Origin: Selaginella moellendorffii
Lineage: Eukaryota > Plantae > Lycopodiophyta
Direction of reading: 5' to 3'
Length of the DNA: 64,000 nucleotides
Assembly (NCBI RefSeq): GCF_000143415.4
Contig: NW_003314354.1
Coordinates: 38,575 to 102,574, forward strand
This document shows, piece by piece, positions 25,915-38,912 of the stretch. The notes under the pieces are model-generated. The model saw nothing but the letters and a program-made list of their open reading frames with translations. It did not search any database and had not been told where the DNA came from. Made by a program: the position numbers and the translations under genes. How positions within the stretch are numbered: position 1 is the stretch's first letter; every line of letters starts with the position of its first letter.

Positions 25915-28900
25915 CTCTCCCCCCCTTAGGGAAGATCGACGTCCTCGTCAATGCATACTTGAGTTTAGAACACCACTAAGAAACAACTCCAGAAAAAGTT
26001 TATGGTATTCACACTATGTGAGAAATGCACCAACTTAAATGAGTTAGGAAGTAACCTCTTTCTCTAACGCGGATGCACTACTAACTCAAATGCCTTCCAG
26101 TTGCCGCTGACAAGGGAATGACCAATAGAGTCAGCCACCCTTGCTGCTCTAGGTGTCACCCAGCTTACAAAAGTGTGATACACCCATGCCCGTAGGGAGA
26201 TAGAGAGAGAAGCTAAAGGCCCCAACCCTCCTGAGCAAAGAAACCAAACCCGTCGGTAAGGTTTAGATAGACTACTGTAAACAGGTAGTTATAGTTGTTT
26301 ACACGGTCATGCCCTTTGAATGGAATAAGGAACATTGACAAAGAGGCAGGTGATGTGACTAGTCGACAATAGCTACCCCATGACTAGAGATTTCACCATA
26401 TACACGAAGTGCCGAAGCCAGTTTGCCTATACTGGCCCAAAGTCAAAGATCAATAGATGAATATTAAAGTCATAGACAATGATATCTGAGAGTTTTAACT
26501 ATCAGTGAATAAAGTTTAAATTAGAACACAAAAGTATTCCAAGTAAGTTATCATCTGATAAACTAGTATTATAGTATAGGAACCACCAAGATCAATATGA
26601 TTGAAAGATATAGGATTCACTATCCAACAAAATTCGATAGCCAAACTATCATCAAGAAAACTCAATGATAAAACTTAACTATCAAAGATTACAGATAGTA
26701 TGCCAAACAACTTACCAAAGATAACTCAACAAACACAAAGTATCATTGACTGGCAAGTAAGATGCTTACGAATGTATCACCCGAAGGAAATAATATCCCA
26801 ATCTATCAGAATTAACTTGAGCAATAATCAACAGAATAGAATAAATGCGGTAAGACTAACAAACACCCATTCATGCCAACTATCACAAAAGTCAATCTGA
26901 ATAAATCTTGGTCAACAATACAAAGGAACTCAAGTTGCTTAAGCAAGTGTCAGTAATATCCTATTGATGTCTCAAACCCAATAGACCAATCTAGAGTAAA
27001 CCATAAAGAACATATGGTATTGCAAAAAGTCATAAGCCATTAAAGAAAATAACTAATTATCATGAAAGATCATCAATCATCCCATCAATAAAGAAATCCA
27101 TAATTAATGTCAAAAAAAAAATCCACCATCCTAAAGAATAGTGAATCATTCTTTATCAACAATAATCAAGAAAAACCTTTTGACAAGGATAATCAACTAT
27201 CCTAAATAATAGTCAATCATCACCAATGATTGCCAGATATAAATACTAACTTCAACATCAAAGCTAATGAGCTAAATATACCTTCCCTAACAACTTTTAA
27301 CAAATGGATCAATGAGCACAAAACTCAAGGAACCAAAAGCTCAAAGAAGCCTATAATTAAGTCTTGCTTAATAATAATCACGAGTCTTGTAGGAACTAAC
27401 TTCAATGCTAAAGAGAAATTATGGTACAACCCATTATATCCCCCTCAACACATCTATAAGCTGAACTTCATAATGCCAAAGCTAATGAAGAGCATATTTG
27501 CATCAATCCAAAAGCTAAGCACAATGAAGCTATGCTCAACAAATAATCTTCTGATTGATCCTCCATGAATCCATTTATAGCAAAATGTAACTCACTTTAT
27601 AACAAACACAAGAAGAATCATCTATAATCAATATATCCCAACTCAAATCCAATAAGAATTCAAATATTCTAATATCGATCACTAGCTTTTCCTTTTGTAA
27701 AATTAGTATAGTCCACAACTAAATCACTTTTCAGTGAAAAACTAAAACTCAACCCCTACTAAACAATCTCGTCTAGAACATAAATAACTCAACTTGCCAC
27801 TCAAATCATTTAAACATCAATACAGTTGCTAACTAGCAAGTGTTTGAATGCCAATAACTTAAATCTATAACCAAATCATCAATACTATCTCTATCAAGAC
27901 TAATGAAACTCAATATCAATCCTAAGGAGAGACATCTCATTTTACTCAAATCTCAATATTAACAATGTCAACGACAAAGCATCACTTCAATGCCACCAAC
28001 ACCATAACAAAGCTATAGGAAAGCACGAGTGAATCACCACTCAAAACTCCCTAGCAACTAAGCTAACTAAAGTTGAAAATACTTTATTCAATATCCGAGA
28101 ACAATCCTTTAGCAAAACTCAGTTATAGATAACACTTCCTCAAGGAGTGAATCACCACATCCAAGACTCCATGAAATCCAACACTAAGGACTAAATGTAA
28201 CCAAATGACATTAACAAAGGTAGAATCGATATACCAACATGGAAAAACCATGTAAATCTAACAACACGATCCTCCACACCATCCGATAAAGCAAGCCCAT
28301 CACTGCTAAATCATCATTGAGTGAAGTAAGTGTTAAATAGTCTTTGACAAAGTCTACAAGCCATCATTAGCTGCCAAACAACAGACAATCACTCTTTCAA
28401 CTTGCTTTCATAAGACCCAAACACCAACTCTTGTCATCAAGTTATATTCTTGTTCAATATGAATGTAATACCTCAAGTATGAGATAAAGGTTCATAGGCA
28501 AGCATAAACCAAAGACCACTCGAAACCAACTCAGCCGCAATAAGCTCACTAATGCGTTTATCCAAAAGCTCTGAGCATGCCTTAAAGTGGCTAGCTACAC
28601 ATAATCAACACTTAGTTGAAACTAAAGTGAAGACCATGAGATGGACTCATATCAGTACACAACCTCCTCATAGATAAAGCTTTAGTATGGGTACCAACAG
28701 CTCAACCTCAAATAACTAAGTTGGATATCACCATCCTCTGCCAAAGCACAGGGCCACCAAGACTAAATCAGGATCAATAAGAGCTCACTACTCTCATAGA
28801 GTCTAATAAAATGCAAGGTCCAACCTGCCACCAAGCATAATGCTAAAAGAAAGGCATAAGGGTCACCCTTCTAGAAAAGTGCAATGGCCATTTTTTTACA

Positions 28901-30080
28901 CCAACTCTAGACTTTATCCAACTCAATTGCCTTAGTTGCAAAAGTCAGCATCCCTTTTGGGCCGCATCATACAAATCATTTACTAAGGTTTAGGCTAACC
29001 AAAGTCAACACTAACCCCTTCACTAGTTTGTATTGGCTTATGAAAATGAAATGGTTTTCAAGCAAAGTGATTAATAGATCAACCATTGAAAAAGTCTAAG
29101 AAAATTTGTAGAAAATTTTCCATCATAGAAAAAGAATGACTCTTAGTCTAGGAAATCAAACTTTCAAGACTCAACCAACTTCTTCCTACCTACAATTTCT
29201 GATAGGTTCTCCTCAACATAAATTCTCATGATCCATCAATATGCTTAAGCATTGAACATCTTTGCCTATATAACCGATATCTAACACCGACATTCGCAAA
29301 GTGCAAAATGAACATCCAAGGCTTGATCATGAAGACCACATCTTCGGATATCCACATTGCACTAACACTCTTCTTCAATCACCTTCAAGATCCAATGTGA
29401 AGCCAAAACACTAACAAGAAAAATGACATGAAACATCAAAGTCTAAGGAGAATTTCTTATCACTTGAAATAACAATGCCATTTCCACTAACACAAGTGTT
29501 AACAATATCAATGCCTCAACTACATACTTTCTCCATCCAATAATTTACTCCAAATGCTAATGGATCAACTAATAAGCCATAACAAGTGAATGCTATAACC
29601 CTTTCCAACATTACAATAGGCAAACTCAAGGAAACAAATACCAACTTAAGTTTAGCATAATGGACCACCACCGAGAATCCAGTCAAATCTACTACAATAC
29701 TACTTCGCAAGTAGACTAGTTTCACTATCAACCACTTTGGGGTTGATCATCATTTAACCAAGCAACTTCGTAAACACATTACTCACAATCATACAGATAT
29801 GATATGGAAATCACAATGACTTGATCATCAATTGAGCAACACCATGAGCAATGCACATGTCACTGCTACAAAGGTTTATATGAGTATTAAGTGTCAACTC
29901 GACTTGACGAAATGCAACATAAATGCCACACCCCACCGATAAAAATTTACAACACTTTAACACTACTAACTTTTGTTCACAATACAGACAAGCTCATATC
30001 AATCTCTTTTCGACCAAACTCAAAACTAATCCAACACCAAGCTACTTAAGGAGTAATAGCAAAATTTCCTAGAAAAGAAT
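25915..30080 (-). pseudogene. Degraded Gypsy pol of the family-A element (inverted segment)
   Basis: RT-like remnants SSIVV..VVHYAKL..LPIVMLE (29516-29731) and FLQIFLDF (~29100), with numerous stops. Confidence 0.6.
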
Positions 30081-30770
30081 TAAGCTCTATTTCGTTAAAG
30101 TGGGATTTATTCAGTAAAATGGGACTAGGTACAAATTTTCAAGTATTTGAAAATGACGTGAAATTATATGTTTTTTGTCCAGGGGCTAGACATATCTGGG
30201 GCATGGTGACTAGCGCGGTGACTTTGTGTCCAGACTGAGTCCATCTGGTTGTATAATAAATCTCATTGTCAAGGTGAACAAGCCGAATCTGAAGCTAAAG
30301 AAGAGCGATGGCATGCGTGCACACACTATTTGTTTGTTCATTGAGCGTGTGGTGAGCTTTCCAAGATGAACGTCATTCCTATTAGCCAGACATATAACTT
30401 AATGGTGAGAACATTTAGATATTATTCAATGTTATCTTTTTCTAACGAATCTAATTGTGAAGGTGTAGCAAGAGGCATTGCTAGTCTGGAGAAGTCATTT
30501 AACTCATTTGACCCTTAGTGTATTTTCATGAAACTAAATAACATTCATATTATTAAGGAATTTCTCTAGTACCTTTTTTTTACGACATAGAGGCTTGCAT
30601 TTCTTTCAAAGGTGATTTAGTAAAAGGCCTGAGGGCACATGCCATTCTATTTCTCAGACCGGTATTAAGATATACTAGTGCAAAGGGCCACATGCCATCA
30701 CGCCTCCTCTGATTCAGATTCGGATTGTTCACCTTGAAATAAAATACATTAGAAACTTAGTAAAGGAATA

Positions 30771-32580
30771 TTAAATCTCACCTTGAACCCGGGTTATGAA
30801 TGCTTTTGCTGCATCTCTTGCATGGTCTAGCAAGGTGATGGTGGCACTCTGCTTCCGCATCCAACCATGCACAACATTATCCACCGATATGCTCATGCTG
30901 GGATCCCTTGGATTCAGCACCCATCTCTTTTCTAGGCAATCCTTCGTATATCCGGAACTTGGCTTGAACCACTCCACAGTTACATTGAAGGAGTTAGTTT
31001 CCGCGTCCTCCTCTGCATCAGTGATGCAGCGCCCCACCCATATCATTTGTTTTTTATTACTGGGTCTAACAAGCACGACCATTCCTTTGTAGACCTGTAC
31101 TGGATTGAATGCTGAATCCGGCTTCTTGTTCCTCGGCCCACAATAGTGATCCTCAACATCGTTATCTGTCACTGCATTTCCAGAGGACATTGTTCCGCTA
31201 CTATCTGGTGCTCTAGGTTCTGGCCAAAAGGACTCTTCCAATTCTTCATATACAACCGGCCCATTTTGGATAGCAGATATAATCTTCTCCCAGTATTCGA
31301 GCAAAGGCTTGCACCTCTTAAAATAGGATTCTCCACCAAACACCAACCCCCTCTTCCAGAAGGCAATATGCTGTCTAATCCCGGCCACTATACTTTCCTG
31401 GTCTTTGAGTCCATCCGGGTGCATCGGCCGTGGGGAACCCTGAGGAATCATAGGTTCCCCAGTTATGGGATCTCTCTTGAAGAGTTCAATGCCATCCACT
31501 GGCAGCCACACTGTGTCCCATTCTCTCATCTTGTACCTCATCACTGGAGCACCGTCACGCATGTTGAAATGAAACTGAAGAGGCTTGGAGTGGCCAATCA
31601 GCGTTTCGGATCCGTCCCTGATGTAGCCTCTTACAAACCCCTTAAAGTCTGGAACCTCTGTCACAAGTGCAGCTTCAACAGTGCCTTTGATACAATTTTG
31701 GAATTCATCGTAGAGTTGTGGGAGGGTGAGGACATTGGATCGCCGGAGGGACTCTGCCAGGTGACTGAACATGGCATCGACGTCTTCATGAGTGTGCCCA
31801 ACCATGAGAAAGCCAAGTGTAACCGTTTCAAATATGCCTTTGGCAACAAGCATCGCCAAGTACGCGAAGACGTACATGTTTTTGTTCTCACTGCCAGCAT
31901 TGTCTATTTGGAGCAGAAGATGGGGTGGAAGGCCACATCGGCCGCAAGAACTTCCTTGAGATTCTGCTTCGTTTGGATGAGGCTATGCATTCACCGGGCG
32001 ACCAGCCTCGTCGGAATGGCATGAGGCCTCACGTGATAACCCTACAATCTGACGGCCAACATATTCACTGGGATGGCATGGGGCCCCACGCGATACTGCA
32101 AGCCTTTGCTCCTCCTCCAGCTGAACCCTGTATGGGGTTCGATCGACAAGGGCCTTATGCAAGGGTTGGCCGTTCAGCTCAGTCTGCGCACTTTGCAGAG
32201 ACCTTAAGTGTTATGCTAGGGACGCAATCATCATGTTTGCACCCCCGCCACCCCATAGAGGTACAAAGAAGTTCCCATAGTTCTGGGCACCATGCCCATG
32301 AGCGATTATGCCAAACAGAGACACAGGCAGCTGCATGGATGAAGAGATTGCCTTGGGGGCAGGATTGAGTCGAGGTAAGCACGTCTTTTTCTGGTCCATT
32401 TTGTCGTGGATGATGCAGAGGTAAGAGTCAGGTCTCTCCATGGAGAGAATCCTGTTATGATAATATGCAGTCCTGCAGCTTCTCTGCTCGATGTTGTGGT
32501 CGAGCCGCCTTCTAACCAACGTCTCTCGCTCTTAAGCGCTGCAAGAATTCTTCAACAAAACCATTTTGATAGCAGTGCAC
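30771..32580 (-). pseudogene. 5'-deleted DUF7869/Sola1-like transposase (copy 1)
   Basis: Motifs HDKMDQ, QIDNAGSENKN and FLMVGHTHEDVDAMFS. In-frame stops at ~32211 and ~32532. N-terminal ~420 aa removed by the deletion. Confidence 0.85.
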
Positions 32581-33329
32581 TGCGCTCAGCGGAACCAAGA
32601 ACACGGCGCACAAAAATGATAGACCTAGGAAGGAGTTCGAGAATTCAAAAATAACACACGCTTGAACGTCACATCAAATCCTCTGACAAACCAGATCTTA
32701 TGATTCCTCTGACAAATTTCAAACTGAGTAGCTTCTAGACTTTGCTGTCGGAGGTTGAACTTTGTCACATCATGTCCTTGCCTCGATCCAGCTGTGCCAT
32801 GTCAGTGATTCGAACTTTGCCATGCCATGTCAGCGATCCGCGCCAAGATTATTCGCCGTGTAAAGGAATAATTATGCTGTGTGTGTACGTCCATTTATGG
32901 CAATATAAGGCCACACGCCATTCAAAGAATAATGCTAGTCGAGCATTTTTTGGTGCATTTTTGGGTTCAAAATTGCATGAGCCCACACGCTATAAAGTTT
33001 ACCTGTACCAAAAATAGAAACAGCTTTATTTACTTGGGAATTTAAGTGGTTGAGGCATTTTTAAACTTACAAACACATGCCCTACTTACATTTATTTGGT
33101 TGCTTAAAATTCAAAAATATTATAAACCTTTCTTTTTGCATTTTCAATGTTTTCAATTATGGTTTTTGATTTTCGCAGGACCAGCCTAGTAATCTATTTG
33201 CATCCCGTCATGTTTATAGCTAGCTTTCGTTTGTCCCCTTCGCTGGCCTGAGATACATCTGCTCGGAATCTGCCTCTTACAGCATTTGCCCAGAAAGGGC
33301 ATCTTTCTTCACGCAGCATTTGCCACATG

Positions 33330-33361
33330 TTTAGGGTTAGGGTTTAGGGTTTAGGGTTTAG
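33330..33361 (+). repeat. Interstitial plant telomere-type repeat (TTTAGGG)n in the transposon promoter
   Basis: tttagggttagggtttagggtttagggtttag; inverted copy at 38881-38912. Confidence 0.9.
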
Positions 33362-34589
33362 CAATTCAGTAGCTTGATAAACATGCAAATACAGAACTTA
33401 ATGCAAAATCCTTTGATATGTCACAATGCCCCTAGGACCATAAACACATTTCAATAGAGAGGGTCCTTTCATTTCATAACTCCTTACGTAGATCTTAGTG
33501 AAACCAGAGTTAGTGAAGTTGGTTTCTTGTGATCCCGCATCTAATTGTGATGTCCCTTTGCAGTGTCGATGGAAAGGTCAATGCACACCAAACTGTAGAA
33601 TCTTGGAGCAAAATAACGGTCGGATCTATGGCAAATGCCCCTGAAATATTGTAAGGCTTGTGTGGTCTTATGTGGTGTCTGATCGAGATGCTTTTTTGCA
33701 GGGTCATCAAGAAGGACATTGTATACCATTCTGTAAAATCTAGTTGCGATCTAACGGTTGGATCTCCAGGAAACTCAAAACAATCTCGCGCGTGTCAGAA
33801 TATTCTAGGAATATACTCCTATGTGCTCCTGAAAATGGCATGCGGCCCCACGCCATTCAAGAGATAACGCCAGATGACGCCGAGCATTTTTTGGTGCATT
33901 TTTTGGGATCAAAATTGCATGAGCCCACACGCTTGAACGTCACATCAAATCCTCTGACAATTTATTTAGCTGAACATCTGGCATTTTTGGAAATACAAGA
34001 TGCTTTGGAATATCCAATCATGCATGGTATAAATATAGCGAGGGTATTAAATGATATCCCAATCATCATCTTTCTTTTGGATTTCGCGTGCATGCAGTCC
34101 GAGGAATGATGACGTTGCGGATTTCTTTTGGATTTCACGCATGCGCGCGCCGATCCAGAAATTAATGGTGGCGCCCAAGTCCGAGGAATGATGACGTGGC
34201 GGGATTACCAACCGTCATGACATTTCGCGCGTGTGAGGTTAGGTTTTGCATTTTGCTTCGTACTCGCGCTCGCATCGCGCTCCCACTCGCGTTCCCACTT
34301 CTCTATAGGTTTCTCGTGTGCATCGGCGTCCACTCGCGCTTGCATCACACTCGCGCTCGCATCGCGCTCGTGTGCATCGGTGTCCACTTCAAGACACACC
34401 CAGTTTGTAACTTCGCCGCCAACTCTGCTGCCCACTCCGCCACCCACACGCAGCCCACTTGGCGTCCCGAGAGATTTCAGCGCCACTCTCCAACTGTAAG
34501 TGGCAGAGTAGCCTTGCTGCTACGATCCGCTGCACACACAGTGCACATTCGCCAGCGAGTCTGGTTGTCACGCTTCCATTCGGCTTCAA

Positions 34590-36739
34590 ATGGTAAGTCT
34601 TTTAGGCCAAGTAGAAAATGGCATGAGGCCACATGCCATTCAGTAGCAACATTGGCATGCACCGATTGGGCTCTCGAGTGCAGTCTGGTTACAGATGGCG
34701 TGTAGCCTCACGCCATCTTAGGATGCAGCCTCAAGACATCTGATGCAGTGGTGAATGGCGTGTGGCCTCACATTATTTCCAGCTACTAGCTTTTCATCTG
34801 TCAGCTCTAATTGTTGTGCATTTCTGAACAGGCGAGGAATTGCGTTCTTCTTCCAGCCACTGTCAATGTGGATGCAAAGAAGGGGGAGGAGCTCACCAGT
34901 TGGACTTTCGGGATGGAAGGCGAGGATCTGAGGCTGTACAACACAGATGGTGGGAGAAAAGAATGCATGGGGATCCTCATCCAAGTGACAGACACTCCAT
35001 GCAGTTCCATGCAAGAATATGGACTGGCACTTGTGGTAGAGACAGCGTCTACCTTCAAGATCCACCTTGCACATCCTAGCGGCTTCCCGAAGGGGGGCAG
35101 CGGCTATGAGGAATTCCTAGAGGGAGCTAGGGAGAGGTTGTCCAAGAGGCCCACAATTTCAAAGACGCTGCGGGTCTATGAAGATCACATGGAATCCACG
35201 GACCTCACCTACGGTGATGTTCAAAAACTATATTCCAACATTGAGCCGTTGAGAGTGACTCCAGTTCGCGAAGCAAAGGGGAAGGGGGTCGATCTGGAAA
35301 CTACCTCGAAGCAGAAAAGGGTGGTCAAGCTCAAGCCGACGTCCGACTCTCCTGCTCCAAAAAAGAAGCTACTCAGTGATGCCATTGCCTCGAGTTCGAA
35401 CACTACACCCACCAAAAAGAAGAGCCGCAAAGAGCAGAAAGAGCAAGAAGAGGCAGCAAAAATCGTCGCAGATAATAGTACTTGTTACTATTCCAACAAA
35501 GTATATACAATTGACGTGAGTCGTATCGACATCCAAAGCAAATACAACCACAGGCTAGTATCTGATGAGTGGGTGGAGAAACTGAAGCAAAAGATGCTGG
35601 CAAGTCCAGTAACACCCGACATCGCAGACGTGATCCCCTACTACCGAACAATGAAGGGCGAGACGAGGTTTCCAGACTTGATCAATAGGAAGGTGTTGGA
35701 CGATCAGAACATCCGCTTCTATGCCATCTCCGGGCAGCATTCTAGCTTGGCGATGCAAGAGATAGTTGTGGATATTATGGTGGGCGAGGAGGTGAAGAAA
35801 GTCTTCAAGACAAGAGTTGTCCGCCTGATAAAAGGCAACTCGCCCCTCCGATCTATCATATACATCTCCCACACGCAGAATGTCAAGCAAGAAACGTGCT
35901 ACAAATCGGGTCTGCACGAGACATTGGCACGAACACGGAAGCTCTGGGTTCAACTGAAGAAGCCACAAAAACCAGGACAAGGACGTGCACTAGCAACTAG
36001 CGCCTGGCAGGTAAGCCTCGTTGCATGTGGCATAGCATGTGGCCTCACGCCATTTCCATTGCAGGAATTCTCGAGTCTTCTCTCGAAAACACTGGGGGTC
36101 AATGACACACTCAGCATCCATAACATTCTACTCGCGACAAAAGTTGCTTTTGACAAATGGGTAGATGTGCTGAGGAGGTACCATGACGGGGAGTTGCCAA
36201 ACTCAATGTGTGTGGAGGACGGCCGGAAGCCCAATGATTTGAAGCTCAACGCCTTGTGTTTCTCGCGGTCTCTAGATGACGACGACCTTCTGATAGTGGC
36301 TAATGCTCTTCTACGTGGTGAGGTAGTCTTCAACAAGACCAAAATGACTCCCGGCCATATTGTGACATACGAGGACTTGTGCACGACTCTGAGAGCTCGT
36401 GCGCTATTGAAGGATTGGATCTTCGAGCAAGTGGCCGTGGAGAGGGTGAGCATCGACACCACGCAAGAGATGATGGAAGCGCTAGATTTGTCAAATGAAG
36501 ACATCGACGAGTACGTGAAGGGGGCCCCCAAGTTCATCGATCTGCTGCGGGATGCCACGAAAAGTAAAGCTGAGAAGTTGGATCAGTATCCAAATTTCAT
36601 TAAGATTGATGTCGACCGCCGGCTTCAGAAACAGCTCGACCCCGCAGCAGAGGCCTATCGAGAACCTTACCGGGTATACTTGAATTCGGATGAGGATCAA
36701 AGGTGGAGGAGCATCGTTTCCCGCAGAGATGAGCAGGTC
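34590..36739 (+). pseudogene. 5' exons of the accessory gene, copy 1 (N-terminal region and ParB-like domain), truncated by an inversion breakpoint
   Basis: ATG|gtaagt at 34590. Intron 34593-34831 gives M-ARNCVLL in frame with ORF 34811. In-frame intron at 36011-36064. Homology to 22483-23741 ends at 36739. Confidence 0.78.
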
Positions 36740-37617
36740 TGCAACGATTTTTGCTGCCTCTTCTTGCTCTTTCTACTCTTTGCGGCTCTTCTTTTTGGTG
36801 GGTGTAGTGTTCAAACCCGAGGCAATGGCATCACCGAGTAGCTTCTTGTTTGGAGGAGAGTCGGACGTCGGCTTGAGCTTGACCACCCTTTTCTGCTTCG
36901 GGGTAGTTTCCAGATCGACCCCCTTCCCCTTCGCTTTGCGAACTAGAGGCACTCTCAACAGCTCAATGTTGGAATATAGTTTTTAAACATCGCCGTAGGT
37001 GAGGTCCGTGGATTCCATGTGATCTTCATAGACCCGCAGCGTCTTTGAAATTGTGGGCCTCCTGGACAACCTCTCCCTAGCTCCCTCTAGGAATTCCTCA
37101 TAGCCGCTGCCCCCCTCCGGGAAGCCGCTAGGATGTGCAAGGTGGATCTTGAAGGTAGACGCTGTCTCTACCACAAGTGCCAGTCCATATTCTTGCATGG
37201 AACTGCATGGAGTGTCTGTCACTTGGATGAGGATCCCCATGCATTCTTTTCTCCCACCATCTGTGTTGTACAGCCTCAGATCCTCGCCTTCCATCCCGAA
37301 AGTCCAACTGGTGAGCTCCTCCCCCTTCTCTGCATCCACATTGACAGTGGCTGGAAGAAGAACGCAATTCCTCGCCTGTTCAGAAATGCACAACAATTAG
37401 AGCTGATAAATGAAAAGCTAGCAGCTGGAAATAACGTGAGGCCACACGCCATTCAGCACTGCATCAGATGTCTTGAGGCTGCATCCTAAGATGGCGTAAG
37501 GCTACACGCCATCTGTAACCAGACTGCACTCGAGAGCCCAATCGGTGCATGCCAATGTTGCTACTGAATGGCATGTGGCCTCATGCCATTTTCTACTTGG
37601 CCTAAAAGACTTACCAT
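36738..37617 (-). pseudogene. 5' end of the accessory gene, copy 2
   Basis: Inverted homologue of 34590-35472, with a premature stop at 36983-36985. Confidence 0.75.
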
Positions 37618-38880
37618 TTGAAGCCGAATGGAAGCGTGACAACCAGACTCGCTGGCGAATGTGCACTGTGTGTGCAGCGGATCGTAGCAGCAAGGCTACT
37701 CTGCCACTTACAGTTGGAGAGTGGCGCTGAAATCTCTCGGGACGCCAAGTGGGCTGCGTGTGGGTGGCGGAGTGGGCAGCAGAGTTGGCGGCGAAGTTAC
37801 AAACTGGGTGTGTCTTGAAGTGGACACCGATGCACACGAGCGCGATGCGAGCGCGAGTGTGATGCAAGCGCGAGTGGACGCCGATGCACACGAGAAACCT
37901 GTAGAGAAGGTAGATGAGCGCGAATGTGAGCGTGATCGCGAGTGGGAGCGCGATGCGAGCGCGAGTGTGCGAGCGCGAGTACGAAGCAAAATGCAAAACC
38001 TAACCTCACACGCGCGAAATGTCACGACGGTTGGTAATCCCGCCACGTCATCATTCCTCGGACTTGGGCGCCACCATTAATTTCTGGATCGGCACGCGCA
38101 TGCGTGAAATCCAAAAGAAATCCGCAACGTCATCATTCCTCGGACTGCATGCATGCGAAATCCAAAAGAAAGATGATGAATGGGATATCATTTAATACCC
38201 TCGCTATATTTATACCATGCATGATTGGATATTCCAAAGCATCTTGTATTTACAAAAATGCCAGATGTTCAGCTAAATAAATTGTCAGAGGATTTGATGT
38301 GACGTTCAAGCGTGTGGGCTCATGCAATTTTGATCCCAAAAAATGCACCAAAAAATGCTCGGCGTCATCTGGTGTTATCTCTTGAATGGCATGGGGCCGC
38401 ATGCCATTTTCAGGGGCACATAGGAGTATATTCCTAGAATATTCTAACATGTGCGAGATTTTTTTGAGTTTTCTGGAGATCCAACCGTTAGATTGCAACT
38501 AGATTTTACAGAATGGTATACAATGTCCTTCTTGATGACCCTGCAAAAAAGCATCTCGATCAGACACCACATGAGACCACACAAGCCTTACAATGTTTCA
38601 GGGGCATTTGCCATAGATCCGACCGTTATTTTGCTCCAAGATTCTACAGTTTGGTGTGCATTGACCTTTCCATCAACACTGCAAAGGGACATCACAATCA
38701 GATGCGGGATCACAAGAAACCAACTTCACTAACTCTGGTTTCACCAAGATCTACGTAAGGAGTTATGAAATGAAAGTACCCTCTCTATTGAAATGTGTTT
38801 ATGGTCCTAGGGGCATTGTGACATATCAAAGGATTTTGCATTAAGTTCTGTATTTGCATGTTTATCAAGCTACTGAATTG

Positions 38881-38912
38881 CTAAACCCTAAACCCTAAAC
38901 CCTAACCCTAAA
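38881..38912 (-). repeat. Interstitial telomere-type repeat (CCCTAAA)n
   Basis: ctaaaccctaaaccctaaaccctaaccctaaa. Confidence 0.9.

Larger units (their letters stand above)
30081..36739. mobile_element. DNA transposon copy 1, A-end part (TIR 30081-30105; transposase 3' half, promoter, accessory gene 5' half)
   Basis: TIR taagctctatttcgttaaagtggga preceded by AT. Inverted homologue of 36738-43748, with a ~1.95-kb deletion at ~32578. Confidence 0.88.

Noticed and set aside
31146-32368. Antisense ORFs over the transposase (also 41825-43047) and over the MFS gene (59142-59999)
   Set aside because: These are shadow frames of genuine coding sequence and show no motifs.
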